This document shows, piece after piece, positions 39,758 to 50,143 of a stretch of DNA of 64,000 nt. The DNA is taken from positions 46,802 through 110,801 of the forward strand of contig JAEOTR010000006.1 of the NCBI GenBank assembly GCA_016839705.1. The letters run 5' to 3'. The notes beneath the pieces were generated by a model that was given only the letters and a program-made list of their open reading frames with translations, did not search any database and had not been told where the DNA came from. How positions within the stretch are numbered: the first letter of the stretch is position 1; each line of letters begins with the position of its first letter. A program made the translations under genes and the position numbers. This stretch comes from Promethearchaeota archaeon (GTDB taxonomy: Archaea > Asgardarchaeota > Lokiarchaeia > Sigyniarchaeales > SOKP01).

Positions 39758-42262
39758 TTAACCTTGTCTTCTTTCGTATTCACTTATTATGGCGTCAACC
39801 TCTTTTAATATCTTACTTGTATCTGGAATCGAATTCAACTGTTCGGTGTAAAGTGGATAGAATTTGTGTAAAATAGTCAATAATTCTGTCCATGATTTCT
39901 GAGCATCTGTTTGTTGAGGAATCCCTTTTTTTAATTGGGACAAAACTCTCTTCTCCTTTTTAGTCTTTAAATTTCTCAAGAAGTTTTTAGCGACTAAAGC
40001 TCGAAATTTTGAATATTCATCAAACCTGAAATTCGCTAATGAATAATTCATATTATCATCAGAGTATGGCAAAAATTTGATTTTTTTATCCTCTGGCTCA
40101 TCAGGGTTATCTACTAAAGTTAATTCAATATCAACCTTACTGATCTGTTCTATCATGGGGTATAATTCCCCAGGATTAATTTTAGTTGCTGATTCAACCT
40201 CACTAGAAATTTCTGAGATAGGAATATAGAGTTCAGGGGTTTTCTCGGGATTTTCAATTCTATAAAGATATTCTTTTTTAAGAAGAGTAATTATTTGATT
40301 TTCTAAACTTGTCGTGAGTTGCTCAGGAGTAAATAATATTGAGGAATCCTTTAATTTTTGATCATATAATTCTTTATCTCTTTGTTTTTTACTGTAGTCT
40401 GTTGTAAGCGAGGAGATAAAGCTATTTTCGGTCACGTCAGATTCCCCGCTCTTCAATAACCTGCTTGTTTTACTTTTTTTTTCTAGAGTCGTTTCAAAAA
40501 GTCTTTCGCTGAGGAATTTTCTGGCCTTTTGTTTCGCTACGCCTTTTTTCTCAAAGCGTTCAGTCACAGAAGTAAAATGAATCATCTTTATAAGATTTCC
40601 AAGATCTTGCTTTTCTTCCGTTATCAAAATATCCATATCTTTGCTTGCTAGTTCTTCGAGAAATTTATAGACATCTCCTTTTGATAGTCGAGTCGCTTTA
40701 ATTAATTCTCTCTCAATTACTGCAAGTGGATATGCTTCTCCTCTTCTGATATATTCACTTCTGATAATTTTATAAATTCTCTCCAGACTTTTTTCTTCTT
40801 CGCTAACTGTTTCTTTTTGTAACCTCATAAACATGGAGGTTTCATGAGGTTTTAAATAGTAGATCAATATTGTACATCCTAAGAAAAATATCATGAGAAC
40901 CGAAATTATATATTTATCAGCCATCAAAAATTCACCTACATCAGTTATAATCTGATTCGGTATTTGACGTGCTAGAGAGAAACGTGTTAACGTTTGAGCT
41001 AATATACATGCCAAACAAAGCAATATTAATCCGTCTTGCTTAAAAATTAATATACGCCAACCTAATGTTTTTCCCGTTTTCCTCACAATTCGATATAAGA
41101 AATACATAGATATAACAAATTCAAGAATAAAGATATACGTGGCTGCTGAACCTGTTGCCCCTATTGTTGCTTTGAATGCAGTAACAGTTTCAGGCTGTAA
41201 GAGTAAATATATACTTATTTGCATAATCTGAAAGAAAAAGATAAATAATATAATTAGAGAAAAAGTAAAATTATCAAACGTGCCAGCTCTTCGTGTTTCA
41301 GCTCTCCTTCTAGTAGATACAAATTCAAAAATAATAAAGACAAGAGTCATAACTAAACTAAGATAAATCAGAGGCATAATCCTGCGCATTTCTGTATTGT
41401 ATACAGCTACGGCGCTACTTGGATCGAATGCTGCAAAAAAATCTAATGAGAGAAACACCAAAAAACTTCTGTAAAATAATGAAATAATAACAAGCACACC
41501 TAAAATGAAAAAGGGTATAATAATTGCTAAAAAATATCTTGGAATTGAATACTTTTTAATAAATCTAGCTTCTATTTTTGTTGAGAATTTTCGTGAATAA
41601 ATGTAAAATCTACTACTTAATAGAACTAACCAAATCATTGATAGACTTAATAAATATGTCATAAAATTAAGATCTGTTGAAATATATAAAAATAGTAAAT
41701 ATAATGCTGTAATTATACCACAATATAATATTAATTGTTTAATCGTAGTTTTTTTTTCAAAGATATAAATTCTTAATTTATCAATACTAAATAGAAAAGA
41801 TAATACCAGAAAAAAAGCTACAATCGTGTTAGAAAAAACAAAAGGATTTCCTAACATCAGTACACTAATCCAAGAACTTCCTGGAATATTAATTTCTATG
41901 ATTAACAGTAAAGAATATATAATAAATATTGCATATAATCCAAAAAATTTTCTTTTAAAAGAATATGATTTTGGTTCTTGACCTTTGATATAAACTTCTT
42001 GATGGGCTATCCTACTGGAATAAAAATCTGATAATTTGTTTTTTGTTTTAGAAGAGAATCTAGCTAATCTGTGCTGTTGTTTTGAAGTATAACCCTTAAC
42101 TTTTCGTTTTAATCCTATTTTACCGGGTTTTGACGTTTTTGGCAATTTTATTTTTGTAGATTTCTTCTTTTCTCCTTTAATTTCAGACTTATTTGCGGTA
42201 TCAGAATTATTTGAGTTTTTTGAAGAATTAGGTTGCTTGCCAGACATATATAAATAAAACAT
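39758..42262 (-). CDS. polytopic membrane protein with large soluble C-terminal region
   Basis: About 10 TM helices, then two similar winged-helix-like repeats. Confidence 0.7.
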   Translation of the reverse strand: MFYLYMSGKQPNSSKNSNNSDTANKSEIKGEKKKSTKIKLPKTSKPGKIGLKRKVKGYTSKQQHRLARFSSKTKNKLSDFYSSRIAHQEVYIKGQEPKSYSFKRKFFGLYAIFIIYSLLLIIEINIPGSSWISVLMLGNPFVFSNTIVAFFLVLSFLFSIDKLRIYIFEKKTTIKQLILYCGIITALYLLFLYISTDLNFMTYLLSLSMIWLVLLSSRFYIYSRKFSTKIEARFIKKYSIPRYFLAIIIPFFILGVLVIISLFYRSFLVFLSLDFFAAFDPSSAVAVYNTEMRRIMPLIYLSLVMTLVFIIFEFVSTRRRAETRRAGTFDNFTFSLIILFIFFFQIMQISIYLLLQPETVTAFKATIGATGSAATYIFILEFVISMYFLYRIVRKTGKTLGWRILIFKQDGLILLCLACILAQTLTRFSLARQIPNQIITDVGEFLMADKYIISVLMIFFLGCTILIYYLKPHETSMFMRLQKETVSEEEKSLERIYKIIRSEYIRRGEAYPLAVIERELIKATRLSKGDVYKFLEELASKDMDILITEEKQDLGNLIKMIHFTSVTERFEKKGVAKQKARKFLSERLFETTLEKKSKTSRLLKSGESDVTENSFISSLTTDYSKKQRDKELYDQKLKDSSILFTPEQLTTSLENQIITLLKKEYLYRIENPEKTPELYIPISEISSEVESATKINPGELYPMIEQISKVDIELTLVDNPDEPEDKKIKFLPYSDDNMNYSLANFRFDEYSKFRALVAKNFLRNLKTKKEKRVLSQLKKGIPQQTDAQKSWTELLTILHKFYPLYTEQLNSIPDTSKILKEVDAIISEYERRQG

Positions 42263-42424
42263 TTTTTTTTTAATATAAACCTAATTATAATATAAAAATA
42301 GAACTCAAGAGTATTCAAATGATAAGAATATGAATATTTGTTCAATTGATAAATTTCATATGAAAGTTTTAAAAACACTCAAATATATCATATAATTACA
42401 ACAAATTCATTTTAATTTCTATAA

Positions 42425-42703
42425 ATGAAAACTTCTCAAGTAGATAATAAAGAGAATTTAATTGGTTTAGTTAAAAAAGCAATTGAATTACTCTGTGAAA
42501 AGAATATATCGCGTGTTGTAGTGTTGTCCTCTTATAAAATTAATTCAATTTTAAAAGAAAACTACGGTGTAGATATTAAAGTGGACCGAATCGGTCGTGT
42601 GCTCAGTCGAGTCGCAAAATTAAACCAACTTAAACGTCTAAGCACAAACATCCCTAAATATCGGCTTAATGTTTCAAAAGTTTCCAGCTTACAATTCTTT
42701 TAA
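42425..42703 (+). CDS. small basic protein, possibly HTH/winged-helix
   Basis: 92 aa, Lys/Arg-rich, pattern SSYKINSIL...VDRIGRVLSRVAK...KYRL. Confidence 0.55.
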   Translation: MKTSQVDNKENLIGLVKKAIELLCEKNISRVVVLSSYKINSILKENYGVDIKVDRIGRVLSRVAKLNQLKRLSTNIPKYRLNVSKVSSLQFF

Positions 42704-42708
42704 AAAAA

Positions 42709-44070
42709 TTAGGTTAAATTCCGAAAATCAGTTATTATTTTTTGGAGTTTTTCAAGCAAGATTTTGATTTCTGAATATTTTTCTAGGGTTTGTTTTAGTT
42801 CTGAATCTATTTCTTCAGATTTTTCATGAATTTGTGTTTTAAAAGGAGTCATAACATTTTCTATGTGAACATCAATATTACGGGTTAGATTATTAACATT
42901 ATTGTCGGTCTCTGAGACTAATGAGTTTAATTCTATCGTGATTTCTGCAAGTCTAGAATTTAAATCTGAATTTTTATTTGATATATCCTGTAGTGTACTA
43001 ATTTGTTCTTGTAAAGGATTTATGGAAGTTCTAATTTGTTCCAAAACTTTTTCTTTTAGCTCAATTATGAGATCATCTAACTTTTTAGCAATTTCATTTT
43101 TCATTTCTCGTTGTCCATCTACACGTTCATCAATATATTCAGTAATATGTTTTTTAAAAAGGCTTGAAATCTCAATGAATGTACTGTCGAAATAGTTTTG
43201 CACATTTTTTAGTCCATCTGAAACTGTATTCTTTAATTGATTCAATGATCTGCTAATAAATTCCAAACCTTTAAGAGTTCCTTGAGTCATATCACCCACC
43301 CAAGTATTTAACTGAGATTTATATGCCCCACTGATTGATTCATTCAATTTTTCTATCCCATTATTAAAACCTTCAAAAACATAATTTACTTGTGAGGAAT
43401 AATCCTTAATGCTCTCTTCAACTAAATCTTCCGTCGGCATCGGTATTTCTTGTAATTCTTTTAAAGGTGTTTCCTTCAATTCCTTGATTATAACTGGAGA
43501 TAACCTTTGTGAGTCTTCTACAAATTTTTGTACCCATTTGAAAAAATTTAAATTTGCTGGGATATCGATATCATATGGAACTTCATTATAATCATTTGAT
43601 TTTTTATAATCTTTAAGAGTATAAATTTTAAATCCAAAATCTTTTTCTTTCCCCATGATTGTGTGATCAAATACAATTGCGAAGCCGTGAGGGTTTTTCT
43701 CTGTTTGGAAGAATTTATGGTTTTGAATTGTGATATCGGTAAAATCTAAACCCCAACCTGGCCGAGAAATATACCATCCTATAATTTTTAACCCCTTTTC
43801 TTGATATTGCATATTTAAATCTGCAAAAATTTCAATATCTTCTTTTGTGAATCCCGTAGATACCTGAATTCCATGTTGAAAAGGAATAACATTAGTTAAA
43901 TTAAATTCACCTGTATTTTCATCTTCCTTTCCAATACAAATCCCCATAACCTCAATACTTTCGTCTAAAGCCTCATTGCCAAATCTTAACACATGGGCAA
44001 ACATCCGAATGAATGGGTTTGATTCGATTTTGATTTTTGACATTTTTACCTTATTCTCCTCCTTTTTCAA
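42709..44070 (-). CDS. MPN-domain protein, JAMM motif degenerate, long coiled-coil tail (likely start 44043)
   Basis: EVMGICIG; GWYISRPGWGLDFTDIT replaces HxH-x7-S-x2-D. Confidence 0.8.
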   Translation of the reverse strand: MKKEENKVKMSKIKIESNPFIRMFAHVLRFGNEALDESIEVMGICIGKEDENTGEFNLTNVIPFQHGIQVSTGFTKEDIEIFADLNMQYQEKGLKIIGWYISRPGWGLDFTDITIQNHKFFQTEKNPHGFAIVFDHTIMGKEKDFGFKIYTLKDYKKSNDYNEVPYDIDIPANLNFFKWVQKFVEDSQRLSPVIIKELKETPLKELQEIPMPTEDLVEESIKDYSSQVNYVFEGFNNGIEKLNESISGAYKSQLNTWVGDMTQGTLKGLEFISRSLNQLKNTVSDGLKNVQNYFDSTFIEISSLFKKHITEYIDERVDGQREMKNEIAKKLDDLIIELKEKVLEQIRTSINPLQEQISTLQDISNKNSDLNSRLAEITIELNSLVSETDNNVNNLTRNIDVHIENVMTPFKTQIHEKSEEIDSELKQTLEKYSEIKILLEKLQKIITDFRNLT

Positions 44071-45556
44071 GCTTTTCTATTTTTTTTAACAAAATCTTCT
44101 TCTCAGATCTAAGATCTCCTATAGTTTTTTGAAGTTCTTTATTCTCAGATTGGGTAGAATTTAATTTCTCTTTAATGGGAGTCTTTAAGCTTTCTAATAA
44201 AATTATTGCAGCTTTTAAGTTTGACACATAACCTTTTGTTTCTTTATTTAAATTATTAAGATTGCTTTTCATTCTATTAGTGGATTTAGAATAGTTTGTC
44301 ATTACATCTTCCTGTGCTGTATTCAAATTTGTCTGGATGAATTTATCAAGTGATTTATGCTTTTCTGTTAAACCAATCAAAGCATCACGACCTTGTTCCA
44401 GAGTTTTTATATGATTTGTTAACTTTTGATTAAAATCTAATATTTTTGAGGACAGAGGATTAATGTTTTTGATTATTTGGTCAAATAATATCTGCCCTTT
44501 TTCTGTAAATAAAGTTGTTATTTGATCTTTGTACTCCTCAATTGATTTACTTACCAAATTTGTAATATTCTCTTTCTCCTTATCAAATTCTTCAAGTTTG
44601 TCAAATACATTGTCTTCAATTTTTCTTAAATCATTATTTAAATTGTAATTAAAAGATTGTTGTAAATTGATAACCTCATTACTTAATTTGTCTTTAAGTT
44701 CTTTTAAATCATATCGTAATTTGGAATTATTAACCTGAATCCTACTTATAGTATCTTGACCCCATGAATTCATAAAATAAATTAATGGCTTTATCGAAAG
44801 ATCTAAGAAACTTTCCATCCCATTTTTCAATATAGAATAAATTTCATTAAAATTAATTTCTCGTAGTTTTACTGTTAGCTGATCTTCTTCAGGGATGAAA
44901 ACATCGCTAAATAAATCTACCGTTTCATTTAATTCAAGAATTTGGGGTTCTCCTGTATGAATTTTGTTAATTAATTCCATGAGTTTTAGATAAAACTCAA
45001 GATTATCAGGGGGTTCAACAACAGCATTTACTTCATGATAATCTGATTTCAATGCTAATGTTGGATCGTCTAAATTTTTCTCATCTAACCTAAATACTCT
45101 AAATCCTAAATCTCCTGGTTTTTCTAAATATGTATGATCAAAGACTATACCTATACCACTTGGGCTTTTTTGCCAAAAAATCTGATTAAATTTATCAGTT
45201 TCGGAAAAAAATATTGAGAGCCCAGGGTGACTATGAAACCATCCTACAGAAAACCAACCAAGATGACCGTACTGCTCATAGATTTTTCCATCTAGCTCTG
45301 CAAATGCTCCTAATTGATCAGGTGTATATTTAACTTCTATTATCCCTCCATGAGAAACAGGCGCTACATCTTCCACAATCACATTTTTAATCTCACCTTC
45401 ACCTTCCAGATGCCCAATAAGCGCCCCCATAACTTCACTTAGTTTTTTCTTTTCTTTTTCTAGAATTTTTGAGCCAAACCGTAATACATGAAGTAACATC
45501 TTATAGTAAGCTAATGGTTTAATTGTTACTATACTATCATCATCCTTTTTCCCCAT
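44051..45556 (-). CDS. MPN+/JAMM metallo-isopeptidase with long coiled-coil tail
   Basis: EVMGALIG, GWFHSHPGLSIFFSETD (intact JAMM). Confidence 0.85.
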   Translation of the reverse strand: MGKKDDDSIVTIKPLAYYKMLLHVLRFGSKILEKEKKKLSEVMGALIGHLEGEGEIKNVIVEDVAPVSHGGIIEVKYTPDQLGAFAELDGKIYEQYGHLGWFSVGWFHSHPGLSIFFSETDKFNQIFWQKSPSGIGIVFDHTYLEKPGDLGFRVFRLDEKNLDDPTLALKSDYHEVNAVVEPPDNLEFYLKLMELINKIHTGEPQILELNETVDLFSDVFIPEEDQLTVKLREINFNEIYSILKNGMESFLDLSIKPLIYFMNSWGQDTISRIQVNNSKLRYDLKELKDKLSNEVINLQQSFNYNLNNDLRKIEDNVFDKLEEFDKEKENITNLVSKSIEEYKDQITTLFTEKGQILFDQIIKNINPLSSKILDFNQKLTNHIKTLEQGRDALIGLTEKHKSLDKFIQTNLNTAQEDVMTNYSKSTNRMKSNLNNLNKETKGYVSNLKAAIILLESLKTPIKEKLNSTQSENKELQKTIGDLRSEKKILLKKIEKLEKGGE

Positions 45557-45936
45557 TTAACATTCACTTGTTTTTTCAAATTTATGATATATATATAGTT
45601 TGTATGGTTTTAAATATTTGAACAAAAAGTATTTAATTTAAAAACCCCATTTTCCAAATTTTCTTTTTTAACTTATAAAGAAAATATTATAGAGATTTAA
45701 GAACTCTTATTTTTTGGATTAAACACCCTAACTCTGCTCGAAGGTTGAGTAAGTCTTCCACAACATTGTTTCCTTTCCTTAATTTGACAATTTAACATTA
45801 AAGGAATCTTCAATATAAAATTAACTTGGATTTCTCGAATTTTAAAGATGCATTTCTAAATTGCACTGAGATGGGATCCTAAAAATAGCATTATGTAAAA
45901 AAACAGTTGATTAAAATAAAATCTCTAAAAAAATTA

Positions 45937-46596
45937 TTATTCATGAGGAAGTGGTTTCCCACAATATGGACAGAATTTCCAATTTAAATCTTTACCACAA
46001 TGTGGACAAAATGCTGACCCTATTGAATTTGGAGGCTCTTCTGCAGCAACACCTTCCTTTGGAATTGATGGTAATTGTCTGGTTGTCTTTAAGGGAGCAA
46101 TATTTGATGAAGGGGATTGGATTTCCTCCTTTCTGGCAGCTACTCTTTGTTTAAAAGCTTGTCTTCTCTCGTCTTCAAGATCTTGTTGATTTTTCACGTC
46201 ATCACTTTTCACCCATCCTTGAACTTTGGGTCTTTTTAAAGCATCTTCAGATACTTTATCTAATTGTACATCCTTTATGTCCGAGATAGGAACCATAGCT
46301 TTTCTTTCTTCTTTCCTTTTAATTGCCTGTTTGACTAGGGCTTGGGTTGTCTTCATAACCTGATGTGGGTTGATATTTGGTATTGCTACAGTACGGAGAA
46401 CCCATCCAACGATTAAGTTTTGGTTTGGAAAGCCACCCTCAGTGTCTTCATCCTTATAAACATATGAATCAATTACATCTCTACCTTTCAGTAATCGTGA
46501 AGCCCACTTGTCATTAATCAGACCTAATTGGATCCTGTAGCTAGTACCAGGTACCCCAAGTTCTGATGTTAGAGGAATAAAGCCTTTTTCCGTCAA
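45937..46596 (-). CDS. hypothetical protein with C-terminal double zinc ribbon
   Basis: FCPHCG...FCPYCG at the C-terminus; TTG start with GTGA upstream. Confidence 0.75.
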   Translation of the reverse strand: MTEKGFIPLTSELGVPGTSYRIQLGLINDKWASRLLKGRDVIDSYVYKDEDTEGGFPNQNLIVGWVLRTVAIPNINPHQVMKTTQALVKQAIKRKEERKAMVPISDIKDVQLDKVSEDALKRPKVQGWVKSDDVKNQQDLEDERRQAFKQRVAARKEEIQSPSSNIAPLKTTRQLPSIPKEGVAAEEPPNSIGSAFCPHCGKDLNWKFCPYCGKPLPHE

Positions 46597-46784
46597 AATT
46601 CATCACTTTTTTGTTAACATAATTTAAACTTAGTAATATTAATATGGTAAATTTTGAATTTAAATTATTATTTATTTCAAAATAGATTTTTCTAAAAAAT
46701 CTATGAAAATGATGAATTCTAAAAAAAAAGACATAAATAGAAAAATTTGTATTAATTTGTAGAAAGCTATTTTAATATCAAAAA

Positions 46785-47753
46785 TTGGTTGAAAAAATGA
46801 CGGTTATAATCCCCAAGAAAGTTTATTTAACTATTGTAGCTGCAGCTGTGAGATTTGCTAATGCTCGTATACCAAAAAACGATTGGCTTGAAGTGAGTGG
46901 TATTTTTACAGGAAGAAATGAAGGTGATAATGTTATAGTTTCAGCTGCTTACCCAATTATGCATCAAGAATTAGATAAAGATGCTGTAATCGATCAATAT
47001 AAATGGAGTGATGAAGATTATGAGTCTCTTTATATTATTGATGAAGAAGCATTCTCACGAGATCCTCCTGAATTTGTACTTGGTTGGTGGCACAGTCATC
47101 CTGGATTTAAAGTCATGATGTCACATATTGATATTCGCACTACACTATCTTATCAACAAAGCAATCCTTTAGCACTTTCACTTGTATTTAATCCAATAAG
47201 GTTAATTCGTCAAATTGAAGTTGCAGATAAAAAAGGAGATCCAGATACACAATTAAAAAGCGATCCAGGTTTTAAGATATTCAGACTAGATAATGTATCT
47301 AGTGGTATAGAAGCATCCTATCATCCTGTGGAGTATTCAATTGAAGGGTACGATAGCATGGAACAACTCATAAGTTTAACACAAAAATTCATTATAGATG
47401 TCACCAACTTGTTTCCAAAGGAGAATGTACCTCAGACTTATGAAAAGATAATTGAGGAACGAATTGAACAACTGAATTCATTATTGTTGGGAACTGAAGA
47501 GTATTTGACAACATTAACTCGACATGGAGAAACTCAACGTATTCCGAGAGTATTAGAAAATCAATCTCAAGAAATCTATAAATTTGTTGAAGAAACTAAT
47601 GGACGCATTAATTTCATTAAACAATTCATGGAATACATAGAATATAAAGAAAAAGAAGCAATTATTCCTCAAGTAGAGAAAACTTTATCAAAGTGGAGTG
47701 GAGTTTTAGCGGACTTGGACAAAAAACTTAAAGAATTATTTAAGAAATTCTAA
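46785..47753 (+). CDS. MPN+/JAMM metallo-isopeptidase with helical tail
   Basis: WLEVSGIFTG, GWWHSHPGFKVMMSHID. Confidence 0.85.
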   Translation: MVEKMTVIIPKKVYLTIVAAAVRFANARIPKNDWLEVSGIFTGRNEGDNVIVSAAYPIMHQELDKDAVIDQYKWSDEDYESLYIIDEEAFSRDPPEFVLGWWHSHPGFKVMMSHIDIRTTLSYQQSNPLALSLVFNPIRLIRQIEVADKKGDPDTQLKSDPGFKIFRLDNVSSGIEASYHPVEYSIEGYDSMEQLISLTQKFIIDVTNLFPKENVPQTYEKIIEERIEQLNSLLLGTEEYLTTLTRHGETQRIPRVLENQSQEIYKFVEETNGRINFIKQFMEYIEYKEKEAIIPQVEKTLSKWSGVLADLDKKLKELFKKF

Positions 47754-47890
47754 ATTTTATTGCTGTAAAAAATATTTTTCATCTTATTTTTAATTTTGAT
47801 ATCTTTTTATTTGATTAAGCGTTATTTTGATTAAGAAAACTACGATTTTCTATATTTAAACCGTAGGAAATAAATGAAACTTCTTATATT

Positions 47891-50095
47891 ATGAAAAAAC
47901 TTAATTTTCCATTCACAGCTATTCTTGGGCAAGATAAAATGAGGATGGGTTTGATTCTTAACGTGATTGACCCCCAAATAGGGGGGATCCTTTTAACTGG
48001 CCATCAAGGTACAGGAAAGAGCACTGCTGTTCGAAGTCTTGTAGAATTGATGCCCCAAATAGAAGTCATTAAACAATGTGAATTTTCGTGTGACCCTCAT
48101 TCTGATATTGATGATTTGTGTACAAATTGTATAGAAAAAAAAGAAAAAGGTCAAATTGATACCGAACTCCGGGATATGTGGTTAGTTAATCTTCCTCTTG
48201 GAGTTACTGAAGATATGGTGTGTGGATCATTATCTATTGATAAAGTTCTTACAGAAGGAATAAGAGCTTTACATCCTGGTTTATTAGCAAAAGCAAATCG
48301 AGGAATTTTATATGTAGATGAAATAAATTTACTTCAAGATCATATTGTTGATGTACTTTTAGATTCTGCGGCTTCTGGAGTAAACATAATTGAACGAGAG
48401 GGAATATCTGTTTCTCACCCTTCAAGATTTGTTTTGGTGGGTAGTATGAATCCAGAAGAAGGTGATTTAAGACCTCAAATTGCAGATCGTCTCGGTCTAG
48501 AAGTTAGAATCAAAGCTCCAAGAGATTCTAAATTAAGAGCAGAGATCACTGAAAGAGTTATTAAATTTGATGATAATCCGAAAGAATTTATTAAAGAGTT
48601 TGATGATGAACAAGAAAAATTAAGACAAAAAATTATAAATGCTCGAAAAGTGTTAAAAGATGTTCAAATCCCTAGTACTGTTTATGAGTTTGTATCTCAA
48701 ATTGTAAGTGAATTAGAAATCTTTTCTCAAAGAGCAGATATTACTTTTATAAGATGTGCTCGAGCTCATGCTGCTTTAAACTCTCGAAAAAATATTATTG
48801 AGGAAGATTTAAATGCTGCTATGGATCTTGTATTTGAACATAGAATTCAATCACTCCATTATGAAATGACTCCTGTGGAGATAAAATCAAAAATTGCTGA
48901 AGTTTACGGAAAAATAAAAGAAGCGTATGAGAATACAAATGTACTTCAACCTAACAGAGAAACAGAAGGGCCTTTAAAACATGATAACTCTTCGCAAACG
49001 GAGTTCAAACGTCAATCTGTTGATCCTGACAAAGTAGATATTCCCGAAACAGAAGAACAAAAGCTTCCACCCCCAAAATATCCTGATAATAAGAAACGTA
49101 ATCCAAAACCCGCTGGTGGCTGGAAGGTGAAGAATATTCCTACTGATGGAGATTTGAAATTTTTTGAGGCCAAGAGCGATTCAATGCCGTTTATATATCA
49201 AATGGAAAAAAAAATGACTTCAATTCTTGACAATATCCGAAAAGACAGAAAAATATCAGATTATGGGGGAAGAGGAATCGGGAGGAGAATAAAAATATCT
49301 TCCTCCCAGAAAGGAAGGTATGTATCATATAGAACACCTATAAGTGAGCAACCTAAAAGCATTGCATTAGACGCAACAATTAGAAATTATTTAAAAAATA
49401 TGGCATATAACGAGACTGATATAGATTTTCCTATTCACTTTAATAAATATGATTTGAGGGATAAAATATATGAATACCGTGCGCCATTAGCCTTATTCTT
49501 TGTACTCGATAGTTCGGCCTCAATGTATTACGTAATAAAACAAATGACTGACGTAATATTGTCATTACATCGGGAAGGTTATAGGAAAAGGGATAAAATA
49601 GCATTAATTATTTTCCGAGGTAAGGAAGCTGTTGTTCTTCAGAAGCCTACAGTAAATTTTAACTTGGCTGTGAATAAATTAAAGAAAATAGAGGGAAAAT
49701 CATATACTCCCATGGCAGCTGCATTAAAAAAAGCTTCAGATCTCATTAAAGTTGAGCTTTTGAAAGATAGAAATGTCATTCCTATCGTATTTGTCTGCAG
49801 TGATTGTGGGGCAAATATATCTGTTAAATATCCTGATTTAATCGCTCAAATTGAAACTGACTATGGGTTAATTGCTCACGAATTAAAAGAATTGACAAAA
49901 AAACTATCAAAACAAAAAATCCATATGGTCGTTCTTGAACCAAAGAAATCATATGCTACTCAAGCACTAGGTGTACACACTTATTCTGCCGAAAAAATAA
50001 AAAAGAACTTCAAAAAATATGCCAATGCCCAAATATACAAATTCAATAAATATAATCCTACCTCATTGATTCTTGAATTAAAGAAGATTCTATAA
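47891..50095 (+). CDS. ChlI/ChlD-like AAA+ ATPase fused to a VWA domain
   Basis: FPFTAILGQ, GTGKSTAVR, PGLLAKANRGILYVDEINLL, MNPEEG, DSSASM, YTPMA. Confidence 0.88.
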   Translation: MKKLNFPFTAILGQDKMRMGLILNVIDPQIGGILLTGHQGTGKSTAVRSLVELMPQIEVIKQCEFSCDPHSDIDDLCTNCIEKKEKGQIDTELRDMWLVNLPLGVTEDMVCGSLSIDKVLTEGIRALHPGLLAKANRGILYVDEINLLQDHIVDVLLDSAASGVNIIEREGISVSHPSRFVLVGSMNPEEGDLRPQIADRLGLEVRIKAPRDSKLRAEITERVIKFDDNPKEFIKEFDDEQEKLRQKIINARKVLKDVQIPSTVYEFVSQIVSELEIFSQRADITFIRCARAHAALNSRKNIIEEDLNAAMDLVFEHRIQSLHYEMTPVEIKSKIAEVYGKIKEAYENTNVLQPNRETEGPLKHDNSSQTEFKRQSVDPDKVDIPETEEQKLPPPKYPDNKKRNPKPAGGWKVKNIPTDGDLKFFEAKSDSMPFIYQMEKKMTSILDNIRKDRKISDYGGRGIGRRIKISSSQKGRYVSYRTPISEQPKSIALDATIRNYLKNMAYNETDIDFPIHFNKYDLRDKIYEYRAPLALFFVLDSSASMYYVIKQMTDVILSLHREGYRKRDKIALIIFRGKEAVVLQKPTVNFNLAVNKLKKIEGKSYTPMAAALKKASDLIKVELLKDRNVIPIVFVCSDCGANISVKYPDLIAQIETDYGLIAHELKELTKKLSKQKIHMVVLEPKKSYATQALGVHTYSAEKIKKNFKKYANAQIYKFNKYNPTSLILELKKIL

Positions 50096-50143
50096 TTTTG
50101 TTTCCTAAAAACTTCTTAAATTTTATATTCCAATCTTTAACTA

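Noticed and set aside
45600-45930. Long intergenic region with a 31-codon minus-strand frame (IVKLRKGNNVVEDLLNLRAELG...)
   Set aside because: No canonical start, no motif and no clear RNA structure.
47891-50095. Chlorophyll or cobalamin chelatase function
   Set aside because: No large chelatase subunit or tetrapyrrole genes are nearby; only the AAA-VWA architecture is supported.
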